From NCBI RefSeq assembly GCF_039978735.1, contig NZ_JBDWAS010000058.1, forward strand, positions 525 through 64,524: a DNA stretch of 64,000 nucleotides. Reading direction: 5' to 3'. Position 1 is the first letter of the stretch; each line of letters opens with the position of its first letter. This document shows, piece by piece, positions 11,215 through 21,241 of this stretch. Below the pieces are notes generated by a model that saw only the letters and a list, made by a program, of their open reading frames with translations, had not been told where the DNA came from and did no database searches. The position numbers were made by a program, and so were the translations under genes. This DNA comes from Maricaulis sp. GTDB lineage: Bacteria > Pseudomonadota > Alphaproteobacteria > Caulobacterales > Maricaulaceae.

Positions 11215-12407
11215 GGGCGGGTCCGCCACCGGCAGCGCTTGCCCTGGAAGCACTGACCAATCTGAGGGGGCAGGGTGCGCGCTCATTGCTGGCGCTACTG
11301 GGCATTGTGATCGGTGCCGCAGCGATCGTGGCGCTGACCAATCTCGGACATGTCGCTCAGGCCGAGACGCTGAAGCGGTTCGAGCAGATGGGGGTCGATA
11401 TGCTGGTTCTGCGCGGTATTCCGGCCGGCGAAGGCCCGGTCCGTCTCGATCGGGAAACGATCGAGCGGCTCCCTGCAAGCGATCCCGACGTGATTGAAGC
11501 CACACCGTTGGCTGTCGGGCGGGACGGGGTCCGGCCGTTGAACAGGAGGCAGGCGGCGGAAGAAGACGCCATGATCGTCGCTGTTACCCCGGCCATCTTC
11601 CAGGTTGCCGGGCTGGGCATTGCGCGCGGCCGCGCGCTGGGTCCGTTCGATGCCTGTGTCCCTGTCGCCGTTGCCGGATCAGTCGTCGCGCGCGATCTGA
11701 CGGCCGGCCAGGCCCACCTCGAACCGGGCGAACGGCTCAGCCTGGCGGGTTATGTCTTCACGCTGGTCGGCGTGCTTGAACCGGCGCCGCTGGAGGCGCT
11801 CAGCCCGGTCGACTATGACCGGTCGATCCTGATCCCGCTCTCCTGCGCCCGGCGCGCCCTGGCCGCCGGGGACCCCACCGTGGCACTCGTCAGGTTGCAG
11901 CCCGAAGCCGATCCAGACCGGACAGGGCCGCGTCTCGCGGCGGCGCTGGGCAATGCGACCGCGACGGTGACCGTGCGCAGCGCGCGCGAGATGATCGCGG
12001 CCATGAAGCGCCAAACGGGTCTCATTGCACGTTTGCTGGCGGGGATCGGAGGGATATCGCTGGTTGTCGGCGGGATTGGCGTGCTGAATGTCATGCTGAT
12101 GAGTGTGATGGAACGCCGCCGCGAGATCGGTCTGCGGGCGGCGCTTGGCGCCACTCCAGCCGATATACGCTCCCTGTTCGCGATCGAGGCCGCGATCCTG
12201 TCGCTTGGCGGAGGGATGCTGGGGGCGGCATTGGGTATGAGCGTTACCGTATTGTTTTCCTTTCTGTCCGGCTGGGACTATGCGGCGGCGTGGTGGATAC
12301 CCATGCTCGGCCCTGCCGTGGCGGTTCTCGTCGGCGGTGCCTTTGGTCTTTATCCCGCCTTCGCTGCTGCCCGGGTCGATCCGATCGAGGCCTTGCGTGC
12401 GGAATAG
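11211..12407 (+). CDS. ABC transporter permease, FtsX/MacB-type (single module with a large periplasmic domain)
   Basis: 398 aa. N-terminal TM SLLALLGIVIGAAAIVAL. C-terminal FtsX region ISLVVGGIGVLNVMLMSVMERRREIGLRAALGA. Its start overlaps the stop of the ATPase gene. Confidence 0.9.
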   Translation: MRAGPPPAALALEALTNLRGQGARSLLALLGIVIGAAAIVALTNLGHVAQAETLKRFEQMGVDMLVLRGIPAGEGPVRLDRETIERLPASDPDVIEATPLAVGRDGVRPLNRRQAAEEDAMIVAVTPAIFQVAGLGIARGRALGPFDACVPVAVAGSVVARDLTAGQAHLEPGERLSLAGYVFTLVGVLEPAPLEALSPVDYDRSILIPLSCARRALAAGDPTVALVRLQPEADPDRTGPRLAAALGNATATVTVRSAREMIAAMKRQTGLIARLLAGIGGISLVVGGIGVLNVMLMSVMERRREIGLRAALGATPADIRSLFAIEAAILSLGGGMLGAALGMSVTVLFSFLSGWDYAAAWWIPMLGPAVAVLVGGAFGLYPAFAAARVDPIEALRAE

Positions 12408-13878
12408 TCCTGCCCTTCTCCTTGCGGTGGCCGCCCTGGCGGTGCACTGGGCTCCGGCGGAGGCCCGGCAACGGTTACCTCAACCGGACCCGCTCGCCGG
12501 TGTGCCGTCACCGCCGGACAATCCCGTTCCGGGCGGACAGGTGATCGAGATCACGCTCGACGAGGCTGTCGCGCTGGGGCTCCGCCGGAACCGGACTGTC
12601 CAGGCTGCCCATCTGCAGCGCGCGGCCGAACGGTTCGATCTCTATGTCGCCGAGCGGGCCTTTGCGCCGCGCGGTGAATTGCGTGCGGAAGTCGTTCGCC
12701 GGGTCTCCGGCGGTGTCACCCGGTCCGAGGCATCGGTCTCGCCGGGGATAGGCCTTGTGACGCCGCTGGGCACGCAGATCGATTTTACCTGGCAGCTCAC
12801 CGAACGGCTCGGCGGTGCCGGTGGCGGTCTGTCCCAATCGGCGACCGTGAGTGTCAGCCAGCCACTGGTCCGCGGTGCTGGGCCCGAGGTCAATCTTGCT
12901 CCGGTCCGGATCGCGCGGCTGCAGGAGCGGATCAACCGTCTCCGGCTGGAGGGCACGGTTTCGGATACGATTACCGCGATCGTCTTTGCCTATCGCGCCT
13001 TGATGCAGGCGCAGGAACAGGTACGGCTGGCCGACATATCGCTGGAACGTGCACGGGCCCTGCTGGAGACCAATCGCCGCCTCGTCGAGGCAGGCCGGAT
13101 GGCGGCGGCCGACATCGTGCAGACCGAGTCAGCTGTCGCGGCCCAGGATGTTGCCCGCCTGCAGGCCGAGCAGAACCTCAACAGTGCCCAGCTAGCGTTG
13201 ACACGTCTTCTTGCGCTCGACCCGCGAACCAACATCCAGGCCGCTGGCCCTGTCGATGCAGAATATGTCGCCGTCGACACTGTTCGCGCGGTACAGCTGG
13301 CCCTGGACAATCGTGTGGATGTGCTGGCGCAGGACATTGCCGTCCAGCAGGCCCGTCAATCCCTTGTGCTTGCACGTGATCGCCGGCGCTGGGATGTCTC
13401 CCTGTTCGGTGCTGTTACGCAGCGGGGCGCCGAACAGGGGCTGGCGGAAATCTATGAGGACGAGACGGATGTAACGGCTGGCGTGCGCGTGGAGATTCCC
13501 TTGGGTGATGTGTCAGCCGAACAGGGCGTGGTGCGCGCCCGCACCAGCCTCGATCTGGCGGAACTGCGATCGGCGGATCTGGCCCAGGCCGTCGAGGTTC
13601 AGGTGCGCGACGCGGTGCAGCAGGTCGAGGCGCGATGGCGTCAGGTGGAGACGGCACGCCGGGCGCGGGACCTCGCTGAACGCGCCCTGGAACTGGAGCA
13701 GGAAAAGCTGCAGGCCGGCCGGACCTCGAATTTCGAGATTCTCTCGCTCCAGGCAGGGCTTCGCACGGCCGACATCCAGGCGCTCGCAGCCGAGATCGCC
13801 TACCTCAACGCGCTGACCGCGCTGGACCAGCAAATCGGGAGTACGCTTGAAACATGGCGCATCACGCTCGAACCCTGA
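12397..13878 (+). CDS. TolC-family outer-membrane efflux protein
   Basis: In frame in track ORF 12280..13878. The GTG at 12397 gives signal peptide VRNSPALLLAVAALAVHWAPAEA. Two-repeat OEP architecture (LDEAVALGLRRNRTVQAA ... LDQQIGSTLETW). Confidence 0.85.
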   Translation: MRNSPALLLAVAALAVHWAPAEARQRLPQPDPLAGVPSPPDNPVPGGQVIEITLDEAVALGLRRNRTVQAAHLQRAAERFDLYVAERAFAPRGELRAEVVRRVSGGVTRSEASVSPGIGLVTPLGTQIDFTWQLTERLGGAGGGLSQSATVSVSQPLVRGAGPEVNLAPVRIARLQERINRLRLEGTVSDTITAIVFAYRALMQAQEQVRLADISLERARALLETNRRLVEAGRMAAADIVQTESAVAAQDVARLQAEQNLNSAQLALTRLLALDPRTNIQAAGPVDAEYVAVDTVRAVQLALDNRVDVLAQDIAVQQARQSLVLARDRRRWDVSLFGAVTQRGAEQGLAEIYEDETDVTAGVRVEIPLGDVSAEQGVVRARTSLDLAELRSADLAQAVEVQVRDAVQQVEARWRQVETARRARDLAERALELEQEKLQAGRTSNFEILSLQAGLRTADIQALAAEIAYLNALTALDQQIGSTLETWRITLEP

Positions 13879-15089
13879 TTGCCGCTGCGGCGCTGCTCAT
13901 GCTGTCCCCCGGGTGCGGTCCGGGAGCAGGTGCACCTGTGACCGGTGCGACGCAAAGCCTGGTCCTGGAACCCCGTCCCGTCGAGATTGTGCTGGGTTTC
14001 ACCGGCCGCATCAGTCCCGGCGACCGTGCGGATCTGCTCGCACCCTATGAAGGCGTGATCGAGACCCTTCACGTGCATGTGGGCGACCGGGTCGCTGCGG
14101 GGGATGCGCTCGTCACGCTCAATCCGGCAGACCTGCAGCGCGAACGCGCGCAGGCCGAGGCGGCGCTTCTCCGCGCCGAGGCCGACGCCGCCGAGCTGGA
14201 GGATTGGGAGAACGGTCCGGAAATGTCCCGGGCTCGTCGTGATGTGGCGGGCGCCCGGGCAGACCTGTCGGATCTTGAGCGGCGTCTCGAGGAAACCGCG
14301 GCCTTGCTGGAGCGTGGACTGGTCCCCCGCGGGGAGTATGACGGGCTGGTGCAGCAGCGCCGCGATCTGGTCATGCAGCTGGACCAGGCGCTTGAACAGC
14401 TGGATGCGACCCGTGAGCGAGGTACCGGAAGCCAGCGCCGGATTGCGTTGCTCGAGCGCGATCTGGCGCGAGAGCGTCTTGAGCGGATCGAGGTCGAGCT
14501 GGCCAATTCAACCCTTCGTGCGCCGGTCGCCGGTCTCGTGGTGCGGCCCCCCGATGCCGATGGTGAGCTGGGCGAGCCGCTACGCGCCGGCAGCCGTGTC
14601 AGCCGCGGCCGGCCATTGCTGATTATTGCGCGTCCGGATGCGCTTGATGCGAGTTTCAGGCTCGACGAGGGCGATGTGACAGCGCTCCTTCCCGGTGCTC
14701 CTGTGCGGGTTACAGGGCCGGGCTTTCCGGGGGTGGAGCTGACCGGTACGCTCACGGCCGTCGCCGGTCAGGCGGAGGCCTCGGCCGCGGGGCAGCTGGC
14801 CGAGTTCACGGCTACGGCCCGTCTGGATCCCCTGCCGGAGCCAGCCGCTGAGTCGGTAAGGATCGGCATGACGGCCGACATCGATGTTGTGGTGTTTGCC
14901 GATGATGCGGCTCTCCTGGTCCCGGCACAGGCAGTCGAGGGCTCGCCGGGGGATGCCTGGGTTCATGTCAGGGACGCGCCCGGCGCGCCGCCGCGCCGCG
15001 TACAGGTGGAGATCCGGGCAACCGGTCCTGCCGGTGTCGTAGTGGGGGAGGGCGTTGCTGCGGGCGACACGGTCGTCTGGCAGAACTGA
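13854..15089 (+). CDS. HlyD/MacA-type periplasmic adaptor
   Basis: 411 aa. N-terminal hydrophobic anchor LIAAAALLMLSPGC. A long Ala/Glu/Arg coiled-coil segment. NSTLRAPVAGLVV lipoyl-like motif. Overlaps the TolC gene by 25 nt. Confidence 0.85.
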   Translation: MAHHARTLIAAAALLMLSPGCGPGAGAPVTGATQSLVLEPRPVEIVLGFTGRISPGDRADLLAPYEGVIETLHVHVGDRVAAGDALVTLNPADLQRERAQAEAALLRAEADAAELEDWENGPEMSRARRDVAGARADLSDLERRLEETAALLERGLVPRGEYDGLVQQRRDLVMQLDQALEQLDATRERGTGSQRRIALLERDLARERLERIEVELANSTLRAPVAGLVVRPPDADGELGEPLRAGSRVSRGRPLLIIARPDALDASFRLDEGDVTALLPGAPVRVTGPGFPGVELTGTLTAVAGQAEASAAGQLAEFTATARLDPLPEPAAESVRIGMTADIDVVVFADDAALLVPAQAVEGSPGDAWVHVRDAPGAPPRRVQVEIRATGPAGVVVGEGVAAGDTVVWQN

Positions 15090-15110
15090 ACTGGCGCCGG
15101 CGAGGCGCGG

Positions 15111-16316
15111 CTACACCCGTTCGACCACCATGGCGCTGCCGACGCCCGAACCGCCGTGCACCACAACCAATCCAAGACTGCCCCCTTGGCGCTCCATACC
15201 GTCAACAAGCGTGCCCAGCAGGATGGCACCTGAGGCCCCCATCGGGTGCCCCATCGCCAGGTGTCCGCCATCGGGATTGACCCTGTCGGGATCGGGTGCG
15301 TATTCGCGCTCGAAGCGGACCGGCGTGGCGGCGAAGGCCTCCATGAACTCGATCCGGTCGAAATCGCCGATCGCGAGCCCGGTCTGCGCGAGAACACTGT
15401 CCATCGCGGCGAAGCCGGCGGTGAGTTGCAGCACGGGATCGGCGGTGGCTTCGGCAAAGCCGCGAATCCGCGCGCGCGGGGCGAGGCCGGCGGCCTCGCC
15501 AGCCGCCCGTGACCCGATCAGCACCAGTCCGGCGCCGTCGCAGGTCGGCGGGCAGTTGGCCACGGAATGCACGTGCCGGATCGCGTCGAGTTCCGGCCGC
15601 GCCGCGAGCATGATGGCGTCGAATCCTTTTGCGCCCATTCCGGCGAAGGCCGGTTCCATCGCGGCGAGGCTTTCTGCCGTTGTGTCGGGGCGGATGCCTT
15701 CATCATGGGCGAGGGCGACCGATCCGTCCGCGCGGACGATCGGCACAACGCCCCCCAGATCGCCGCGCGCCCAGGCGGCTGCTGCGCGCTGGTGCGAGCG
15801 CAGCGTCACGGCGTCGAGGTCCGCCTTGTCATAGCCGTTCATCGTGGCCATCAGGTCGGCGGACAGGACCACCGGCACATAGCGCAGGCGGGCGGCGGTT
15901 TCCGGGTCGTCATAATAGAAAGCGTGGTCGCCCATGAAGGGCACGCGCGACATCATCTCGACACCGCCGGCAATGCGCAGCCGGTCGTCGCCAAGCGCGA
16001 GGGCGTCGCTGGCAGACAGGCCGACGGCGGTGAGGCCGGAAACGCAGAAATTGTTGAGTGAAAGCGCCCGCATCTCCGGCGGCAGATTGGCGTGTAGCCG
16101 GCTGACCAGCGCGATATGTCCGCCCTGGGCGCCGATCTGGCCGACACAGCCCAGCGTCAGCCCGGCCGCCCGACCGATCGTGTCTTCGCCGGTGCGGGTC
16201 CTGAGCGCATCGATCAGCTGGCTGACCAGTTCCTGCGGTGTGAATTCGGCAAGGCCTCCGGTGGCCTTCGACTTGCCGCGCGGCGTCCGCACCGCGTCGT
16301 AAACATAGACTTCCAT
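15111..16316 (-). CDS. acetyl-CoA C-acyltransferase (thiolase)
   Basis: 401 aa. MEVYVYDAVRTPRGKSK, active-site context NNFCVSGL, C-terminal GHPMGASGAILLG and VVHGGSGVGSAMVVE. Confidence 0.9.
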   Translation of the reverse strand: MEVYVYDAVRTPRGKSKATGGLAEFTPQELVSQLIDALRTRTGEDTIGRAAGLTLGCVGQIGAQGGHIALVSRLHANLPPEMRALSLNNFCVSGLTAVGLSASDALALGDDRLRIAGGVEMMSRVPFMGDHAFYYDDPETAARLRYVPVVLSADLMATMNGYDKADLDAVTLRSHQRAAAAWARGDLGGVVPIVRADGSVALAHDEGIRPDTTAESLAAMEPAFAGMGAKGFDAIMLAARPELDAIRHVHSVANCPPTCDGAGLVLIGSRAAGEAAGLAPRARIRGFAEATADPVLQLTAGFAAMDSVLAQTGLAIGDFDRIEFMEAFAATPVRFEREYAPDPDRVNPDGGHLAMGHPMGASGAILLGTLVDGMERQGGSLGLVVVHGGSGVGSAMVVERV

Positions 16317-16322
16317 GCCCGA

Positions 16323-17582
16323 TCAGACCCCGATCACCAGACTGACACTGGCGGTCGTCGATCCGCCGACATTATAGGTCGCCGCTGTGCGGGCGCCCTC
16401 GACCTGGCAGTCCCCCGCCCGGCCCGAGGTCTGGCGGGCTGCATCCAGTGCCATGCGCACGCCGGTCGCGCCGACGGGATGGCCAAGGCCGATCAGACCG
16501 CCCGACGGGTTGAAGGGAAGCTTGCCGCCGGGCGCGATGACGCCGTCCTCGACCGGTTTCCAGGCCTCGCCCGGAGCGGACAGGCCGAAATGCTCGATCG
16601 CCATGTATTCGGTGACCGAGAAACAGTCATGGGTTTCAACAAGGTCGAGATCGTCGGGCCCCGACAGGCCTGCCCGGGCGTAGGCATCGGTGATCGCCTT
16701 GCGCACCCAGGGGAAGATATAGCCGTCGGTGCCGGCGCTCTCCGCCAGCTTTGACTCAAGCAGAAGCGGCGCCGTGGTGTGGCCCCAGCCTTTCAGTCGC
16801 GGAATGTCTTCCAGATCGAGGCCGCGGGCGTCGGCATACTCCCGGGCCACCTCTTCTGAGGCGAGGAAGATCACGGCCGCACCGTCGGTGACCTGGCCGC
16901 AATCGCTCTTGCGCATCCAGCCCTCGATCACCGGATTGGCTTCATCGTCCTGGGCAAAGCTGCGCTCGGTAAACTCCCAGTTCCGCGTCTGGGCGTTCGG
17001 ATTGCGGCGGCCGTTGGCGAAGTTGATCTTCGAGATCTCCGCGAGGTGTTCCGGGTTCAGCCCGTAGCGGCGGTCGTACTCAGCAGCGAGATTGGAGAAC
17101 ATGGCCGGCCAGAGGTAGCGGGCGCCGATGGCCTCGCGTCCGGCCCAGGCCGCGGCGCCAAGATTCTCCGCTGCGGTCTGGCCGGGCACATTGCGCATCA
17201 TCTCGACGCCGATGACGCCAGCCAGTCCATAGCGGCCGGCCTCGATATCCGCCATGGCCGCCAGGATCGCCATGGAGCCGGAAGCGCAGGCGGCTTCGTG
17301 CCGGCTGGTGGGCAGGCCGGCGAAGGCGGGATTGGCGTGGACGGCCATGCCGCCCAGCAGACCCTGGCCGCAGAAGAGTTCCGCCGCGAAATTGCCGACA
17401 TGGAGCACTTCGACATCGCCGGCATCGATCCGCGCATCCTCGAGCGCGGCCTCGGTCGTCTCGGCGATCATGTCGAACAGGCCCTTGTTCTCGCGCGTCC
17501 AGTTGCGCGCGAAATCGCTCTGGGCGCCGCCGAGAATGAAGACGGGCGGGGCGCTGGTCCGGGCGGTCGATCGATAGGTCAT
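16323..17582 (-). CDS. thiolase-like protein (SCP-x / lipid-transfer-type thiolase)
   Basis: The track ORF extends to 17618 (GTG). The ATG at 17582 (MTYRSTART) has AAGGGGA upstream. Motifs: EAACASGSMAIL, NPSGGLIGLGHPVGATGVRM. Confidence 0.85.
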   Translation of the reverse strand: MTYRSTARTSAPPVFILGGAQSDFARNWTRENKGLFDMIAETTEAALEDARIDAGDVEVLHVGNFAAELFCGQGLLGGMAVHANPAFAGLPTSRHEAACASGSMAILAAMADIEAGRYGLAGVIGVEMMRNVPGQTAAENLGAAAWAGREAIGARYLWPAMFSNLAAEYDRRYGLNPEHLAEISKINFANGRRNPNAQTRNWEFTERSFAQDDEANPVIEGWMRKSDCGQVTDGAAVIFLASEEVAREYADARGLDLEDIPRLKGWGHTTAPLLLESKLAESAGTDGYIFPWVRKAITDAYARAGLSGPDDLDLVETHDCFSVTEYMAIEHFGLSAPGEAWKPVEDGVIAPGGKLPFNPSGGLIGLGHPVGATGVRMALDAARQTSGRAGDCQVEGARTAATYNVGGSTTASVSLVIGV

Positions 17583-17666
17583 GGCGTCCCCTTTTCGGTG
17601 TTCTGCGGCTCTGGGCACTCCGGCCGTCAGGCGATGATGGTCTGGTCGGGCAATCTGACAATGAAT

Positions 17667-17998
17667 TAACTTGCGTAGTCAAACCCACTTTATCGATGCT
17701 ATGGTCGTGGAGCAAGTGGAGAGCTGCGGGCACGGTGCTTGTGGTCTGTGCAAGTCAGTTTGCGGTCGCGATAAAGCCCAGACTGTGTGGCCTGTTGCAG
17801 CATCTGTGCAGGGCCATCCGGGGTTTGAATTCGCAAGTCCGTTCCGGGGCGCGGGACGTTCAGCGTGCACGGTCAGACAGCCGATTTTCTGGTTTCAGTG
17901 CGCAAGTGCACAAATGCCGAATAATGGCGGCAAGTCCCTTATATATCGCGATTTATCGCCCGGTTCGAAGAATCCGTACTAACTTGCATTGACGAACC
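17667..17998. promoter_or_regulatory. cluster of 5-6 copies of the ACTTGC(A/G)..AAACC motif in the thiolase/TBDR divergent intergenic region
   Basis: 17667-17685(+) TAACTTGCGTAGTCAAACC. 17739-17757(-) TGACTTGCACAGACCACAA. 17822-17840(-) GGACTTGCGAATTCAAACC. 17891-17909(-) GCACTTGCGCACTGAAACC. 17919-17937(-) GGACTTGCCGCCATTATTC (weak). 17980-17998(+) TAACTTGCATTGACGAACC. Confidence 0.5.
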
Positions 17999-18090
17999 TA
18001 GCTCGCTGCGTGTAGCGTTCCTTCCGGTGTGACCCTCAAACCAATAGCGCTGGCAAGGCAGCTTCGGGTGCACCGAAGGGGAGGAATACC

Positions 18091-20406
18091 GTGAATAAGT
18101 TCAAACAAATGACGGCACTGGCTCTGATACTCGGCATGACCGGGACAGCCGGTGCTCATGCCCAGAATGCCGAGCCGGAAGAGACCGGATCGGGCCCGCA
18201 GCTCGACGTGATCGAGATCACGGCGCAACGCCGTGCGGCAAGCGTCCAGGATTCCGCCATCGCTGTTTCGGCGATCAGCGGGGAAAACCTCGAAAAAGAC
18301 CGGATCCTCAGCTTCGAGGATCTGGCAGGCAGCGTGACATCGCTGTCCTTCACCGCACTGTCGCCGCTGGACCAGGAATTCAACGTCCGCGGCATCACCA
18401 ATACCCGTCTCGACTCACCGTCGGCAGACCAGTCGATCGGCATCTTCCTGGACGATGTCTATGTGGGCCGGTCGGGGTTGTTCAATGCCGACATGTACGA
18501 CATTGAACGGGTCGAGGTCGTGCGCGGCCCCCAGGGCGTGCTTCTGGGACGCAATGTGGTCGGCGGTGCCATCAGCATCGTGACCGCCAGCCCGGAATTC
18601 GAGACCAGCGGTGCGCTGTCGGTGTCCCTGGGCAATTACAATGAAACGCTCGTGCGGGGCCATGTGACCGGTCCGATCAACGAGGTGCTTGCAGGCCGGA
18701 TTTCCTTCTCGTCCCGCGATCGGGGCGGCTTCAATCACGACCTGCTGCATGACCGCGAGCTGGACGATCTGCGCTCCTTGCAGGCCCGGGCTCAGCTGCT
18801 GTTCCAGCCGATTGACGGAAATGTGTCGGCTCGCCTGGTCATCGACTATATGGACGACGAGTCGAACGGCTTCCATTCCGTGGCAATCGACGGCCCCGAT
18901 CCAGCGACGCAGGGCCCGTGGAGCGCCATGCGCGAGCTGATCGGTACCGCCCGCGGCCGGCCGCTCGATATCCGCGAGAGCTTCCCGGAACACCCGATCT
19001 ATGCGGGTGACACGGTGGAGTCCCCGCAGGCGCTGCGGCGTGAAGCCTGGGGTGTCTCGCTCGACATCGACCGGGATATCGGCGACTTCGCCACCCTGAC
19101 CAGCATCACCGGCTATCGCCAGGGTCACGCCTACAATCTCTATGACCAGACCGGCATGGGGCCGAACAGCGGCTATGGCATTGTTTCGCCGCTTCTGTTC
19201 CGCTTTCCGGTCAATGAGCGCGAAGAGATCAGCCAGTTCACCCAGGAATTCCGGCTTGTCTCCGATCTTGGCGACAGCAATTTCGACTGGATCGTCGGCG
19301 CCTACTACCAGCACGACGAAGTCGAGAAGTTCGACCGGTTCTGGGCGGAAGTTCCCTTCCCGGCGCTGGCAACCCTGTCCGGTGAATCGCACTGGGACAA
19401 CTTCGCGGAAACCACCTCTGCTGCCGTCTTCGGTCAGCTGGGCTACCAGTTCACCGAGAACTTCCGGGTCGTGGCGGGTATCCGCTACACGCGGGATGAA
19501 AAGTCCGGCACCGTGTTCGCGCGGGCTGTGGAAGGTGGCGACGCCTTCAACCCGACCGACCAGGTGGCCCTGACGCCGCTCGCCGGCACCTATGTGGAAG
19601 GCGATACCTTCTCGGCGAACTACGGCATGGAATGGGAAGAAGTGACGCCGCAGGTGACGGCGGAATACGAGCCCAATGACAATGCCCTGTTCTATCTGAC
19701 CTGGTCGCGCGGCTATAAGGGCGGCGGGTTCGAAGACGACCCGGCCAACCCGGCGGCCGCCCAGGCCGGCTATGATCCGGAGACGGTCGAGAATATCGAG
19801 TTCGGCGCCAAGCTGGACTTCTTCGACCGGCGGGCCCGGCTCAACGTTGCTGCCTTCATGATGGATTATCAGGACCTGCAGGTGACGCAGACCGATGATG
19901 GTTGCCTGTGCAACATCACCGACAATGCGGCCGATGCCGAGATCATGGGTATCGAGGCCGAGTTCCAGTTTGCCGCCACCGACCGCCTGATGATGTGGGC
20001 GGGCGCCACGGTGCTGGAAACCGAATATGTCGACTTCGTCGACAGCAACGGTCTCGACACGTCCGGCAACACGCTTCAGCGCACGCCGGAGACCCAGTTC
20101 AATGTCGGTGCCGAGCTGACGCTCGATGTCGGCACCTGGCGGGACGCGCTCTCCATCCGTGGCAATTACAGCTATCAGGGCGAGATGTTCTGGGCACCGG
20201 ACAACGCCCAGACGGAAGACGCATACGGCCTGCTCGATGGGCGTGTCACCCTGACGCCGCCGGATCGGGACTGGACCGTCTCGGTGTGGGGCAAGAATCT
20301 GACCGACGAGATCTATCGCACCAATATCATCGCCTTCTTCGGCGATGAGGTGTCCCGCCTGGGCGCGCCGCGCACTTACGGGATCGAGCTCTCGACGACC
20401 TTCTAG
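18091..20406 (+). CDS. TonB-dependent receptor
   Basis: 771 aa. GTG start after GGGGAGGAA. Signal peptide ends AGAHAQNAE. Plug: LDVIEITAQRRAASVQDSAIAVSAI and VEVVRGPQGVLLGRNVVGGAISI. C-terminal YGIELSTTF. Confidence 0.9.
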   Translation: MNKFKQMTALALILGMTGTAGAHAQNAEPEETGSGPQLDVIEITAQRRAASVQDSAIAVSAISGENLEKDRILSFEDLAGSVTSLSFTALSPLDQEFNVRGITNTRLDSPSADQSIGIFLDDVYVGRSGLFNADMYDIERVEVVRGPQGVLLGRNVVGGAISIVTASPEFETSGALSVSLGNYNETLVRGHVTGPINEVLAGRISFSSRDRGGFNHDLLHDRELDDLRSLQARAQLLFQPIDGNVSARLVIDYMDDESNGFHSVAIDGPDPATQGPWSAMRELIGTARGRPLDIRESFPEHPIYAGDTVESPQALRREAWGVSLDIDRDIGDFATLTSITGYRQGHAYNLYDQTGMGPNSGYGIVSPLLFRFPVNEREEISQFTQEFRLVSDLGDSNFDWIVGAYYQHDEVEKFDRFWAEVPFPALATLSGESHWDNFAETTSAAVFGQLGYQFTENFRVVAGIRYTRDEKSGTVFARAVEGGDAFNPTDQVALTPLAGTYVEGDTFSANYGMEWEEVTPQVTAEYEPNDNALFYLTWSRGYKGGGFEDDPANPAAAQAGYDPETVENIEFGAKLDFFDRRARLNVAAFMMDYQDLQVTQTDDGCLCNITDNAADAEIMGIEAEFQFAATDRLMMWAGATVLETEYVDFVDSNGLDTSGNTLQRTPETQFNVGAELTLDVGTWRDALSIRGNYSYQGEMFWAPDNAQTEDAYGLLDGRVTLTPPDRDWTVSVWGKNLTDEIYRTNIIAFFGDEVSRLGAPRTYGIELSTTF

Positions 20407-20415
20407 ACATGCAAA

Positions 20416-20441
20416 AGCCCCGGCGCCATGGCGCCGGGGCT
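20416..20441 (-). terminator. hairpin with T-run on the minus strand; terminator for the minus-strand SDR operon
   Basis: AGCCCCGGCGCC-AT-GGCGCCGGGGCT, a 12-bp perfect stem. On the minus strand it is followed by TTTTGC. Confidence 0.6.
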
Positions 20442-20453
20442 GCACTCCCGCCT

Positions 20454-20489
20454 GAGCCGGCCGTCAATGACGGGCCGGCTCTCTTTTTT
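20454..20489 (+). terminator. rho-independent terminator of the TBDR gene
   Basis: GAGCCGGCC-(10-nt loop)-GGCCGGCTC followed by TCTTTTTT. Confidence 0.75.
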
Positions 20490-20496
20490 GGGCGTC

Positions 20497-21240
20497 TCAG
20501 GTCTTCGGGGCCATCCGGTCGGCCATCGACTTGGCGAGACCGTAGGGGTCGCGGGCCAGATGCGCGCGCACGGCGATGGAATGCGGATCGGTGTCGTGCT
20601 CGGCGACGGCGTTTGCGATGGCCCAGAGACCGGCCTTGCCGATATCGCGCGGCTGGGACTTCTTCACCTTCACATGCGCGGCCATCCGGGTGTCGACCGA
20701 GCCGACGATCAGGGCCGTCACGCCGACGCCCAGCGGCGCCAATTCGGCGCGCAGGCAGTCCGATGCTGCTCGGGCTGCAAACTTGGACGGGCTGTAGCCG
20801 CCCATGTCCGGAACGGCGACGATACCGCCGGCCGACAGCACGTTGATGATGCCGCCGCCCCCGTTCGCGGCGATAACCGGCGCGAAGGCCCGGCTCATCG
20901 ACAGGACGCCGAAATAATTGACTTCCATCTCGCGCCGGGCCGCATCGGGGTCGTCAGTGCCATAGAGGCGCTGCATCTCGAACGCGCCGGCATTGTTGAC
21001 CACAAGCGTGACGTCCCGCGCCTTTTGCGCGGCGGCCGCGACCTGCTCGGGCCGGGTCACGTCCAGCTCGACGGGTACAATCCGCGACGGATCCGTTTTT
21101 GCGACGTCTTCAGCATCGGCCAGCTTGCGCGCGCCGACATAGACGCGTGCCGCGCCATGGTCGAGCAGCTCTTCGACAAAGCCGAGGCCGATGCCGCGGT
21201 TGCCGCCGGTAACGATCGCTGTGCAGCCTTCGATCTTCAT
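20497..21240 (-). CDS. SDR-family oxidoreductase
   Basis: The track ORF extends to 21342. The ATG at 21240 (MKIEGCTAIVTGGNRGIGLGF) lies 1 nt after the upstream stop. TGxxxGxG and YSPSKFAARA (YxxxK) are present. Confidence 0.85.
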   Translation of the reverse strand: MKIEGCTAIVTGGNRGIGLGFVEELLDHGAARVYVGARKLADAEDVAKTDPSRIVPVELDVTRPEQVAAAAQKARDVTLVVNNAGAFEMQRLYGTDDPDAARREMEVNYFGVLSMSRAFAPVIAANGGGGIINVLSAGGIVAVPDMGGYSPSKFAARAASDCLRAELAPLGVGVTALIVGSVDTRMAAHVKVKKSQPRDIGKAGLWAIANAVAEHDTDPHSIAVRAHLARDPYGLAKSMADRMAPKT

Positions 21241-21241
21241 G

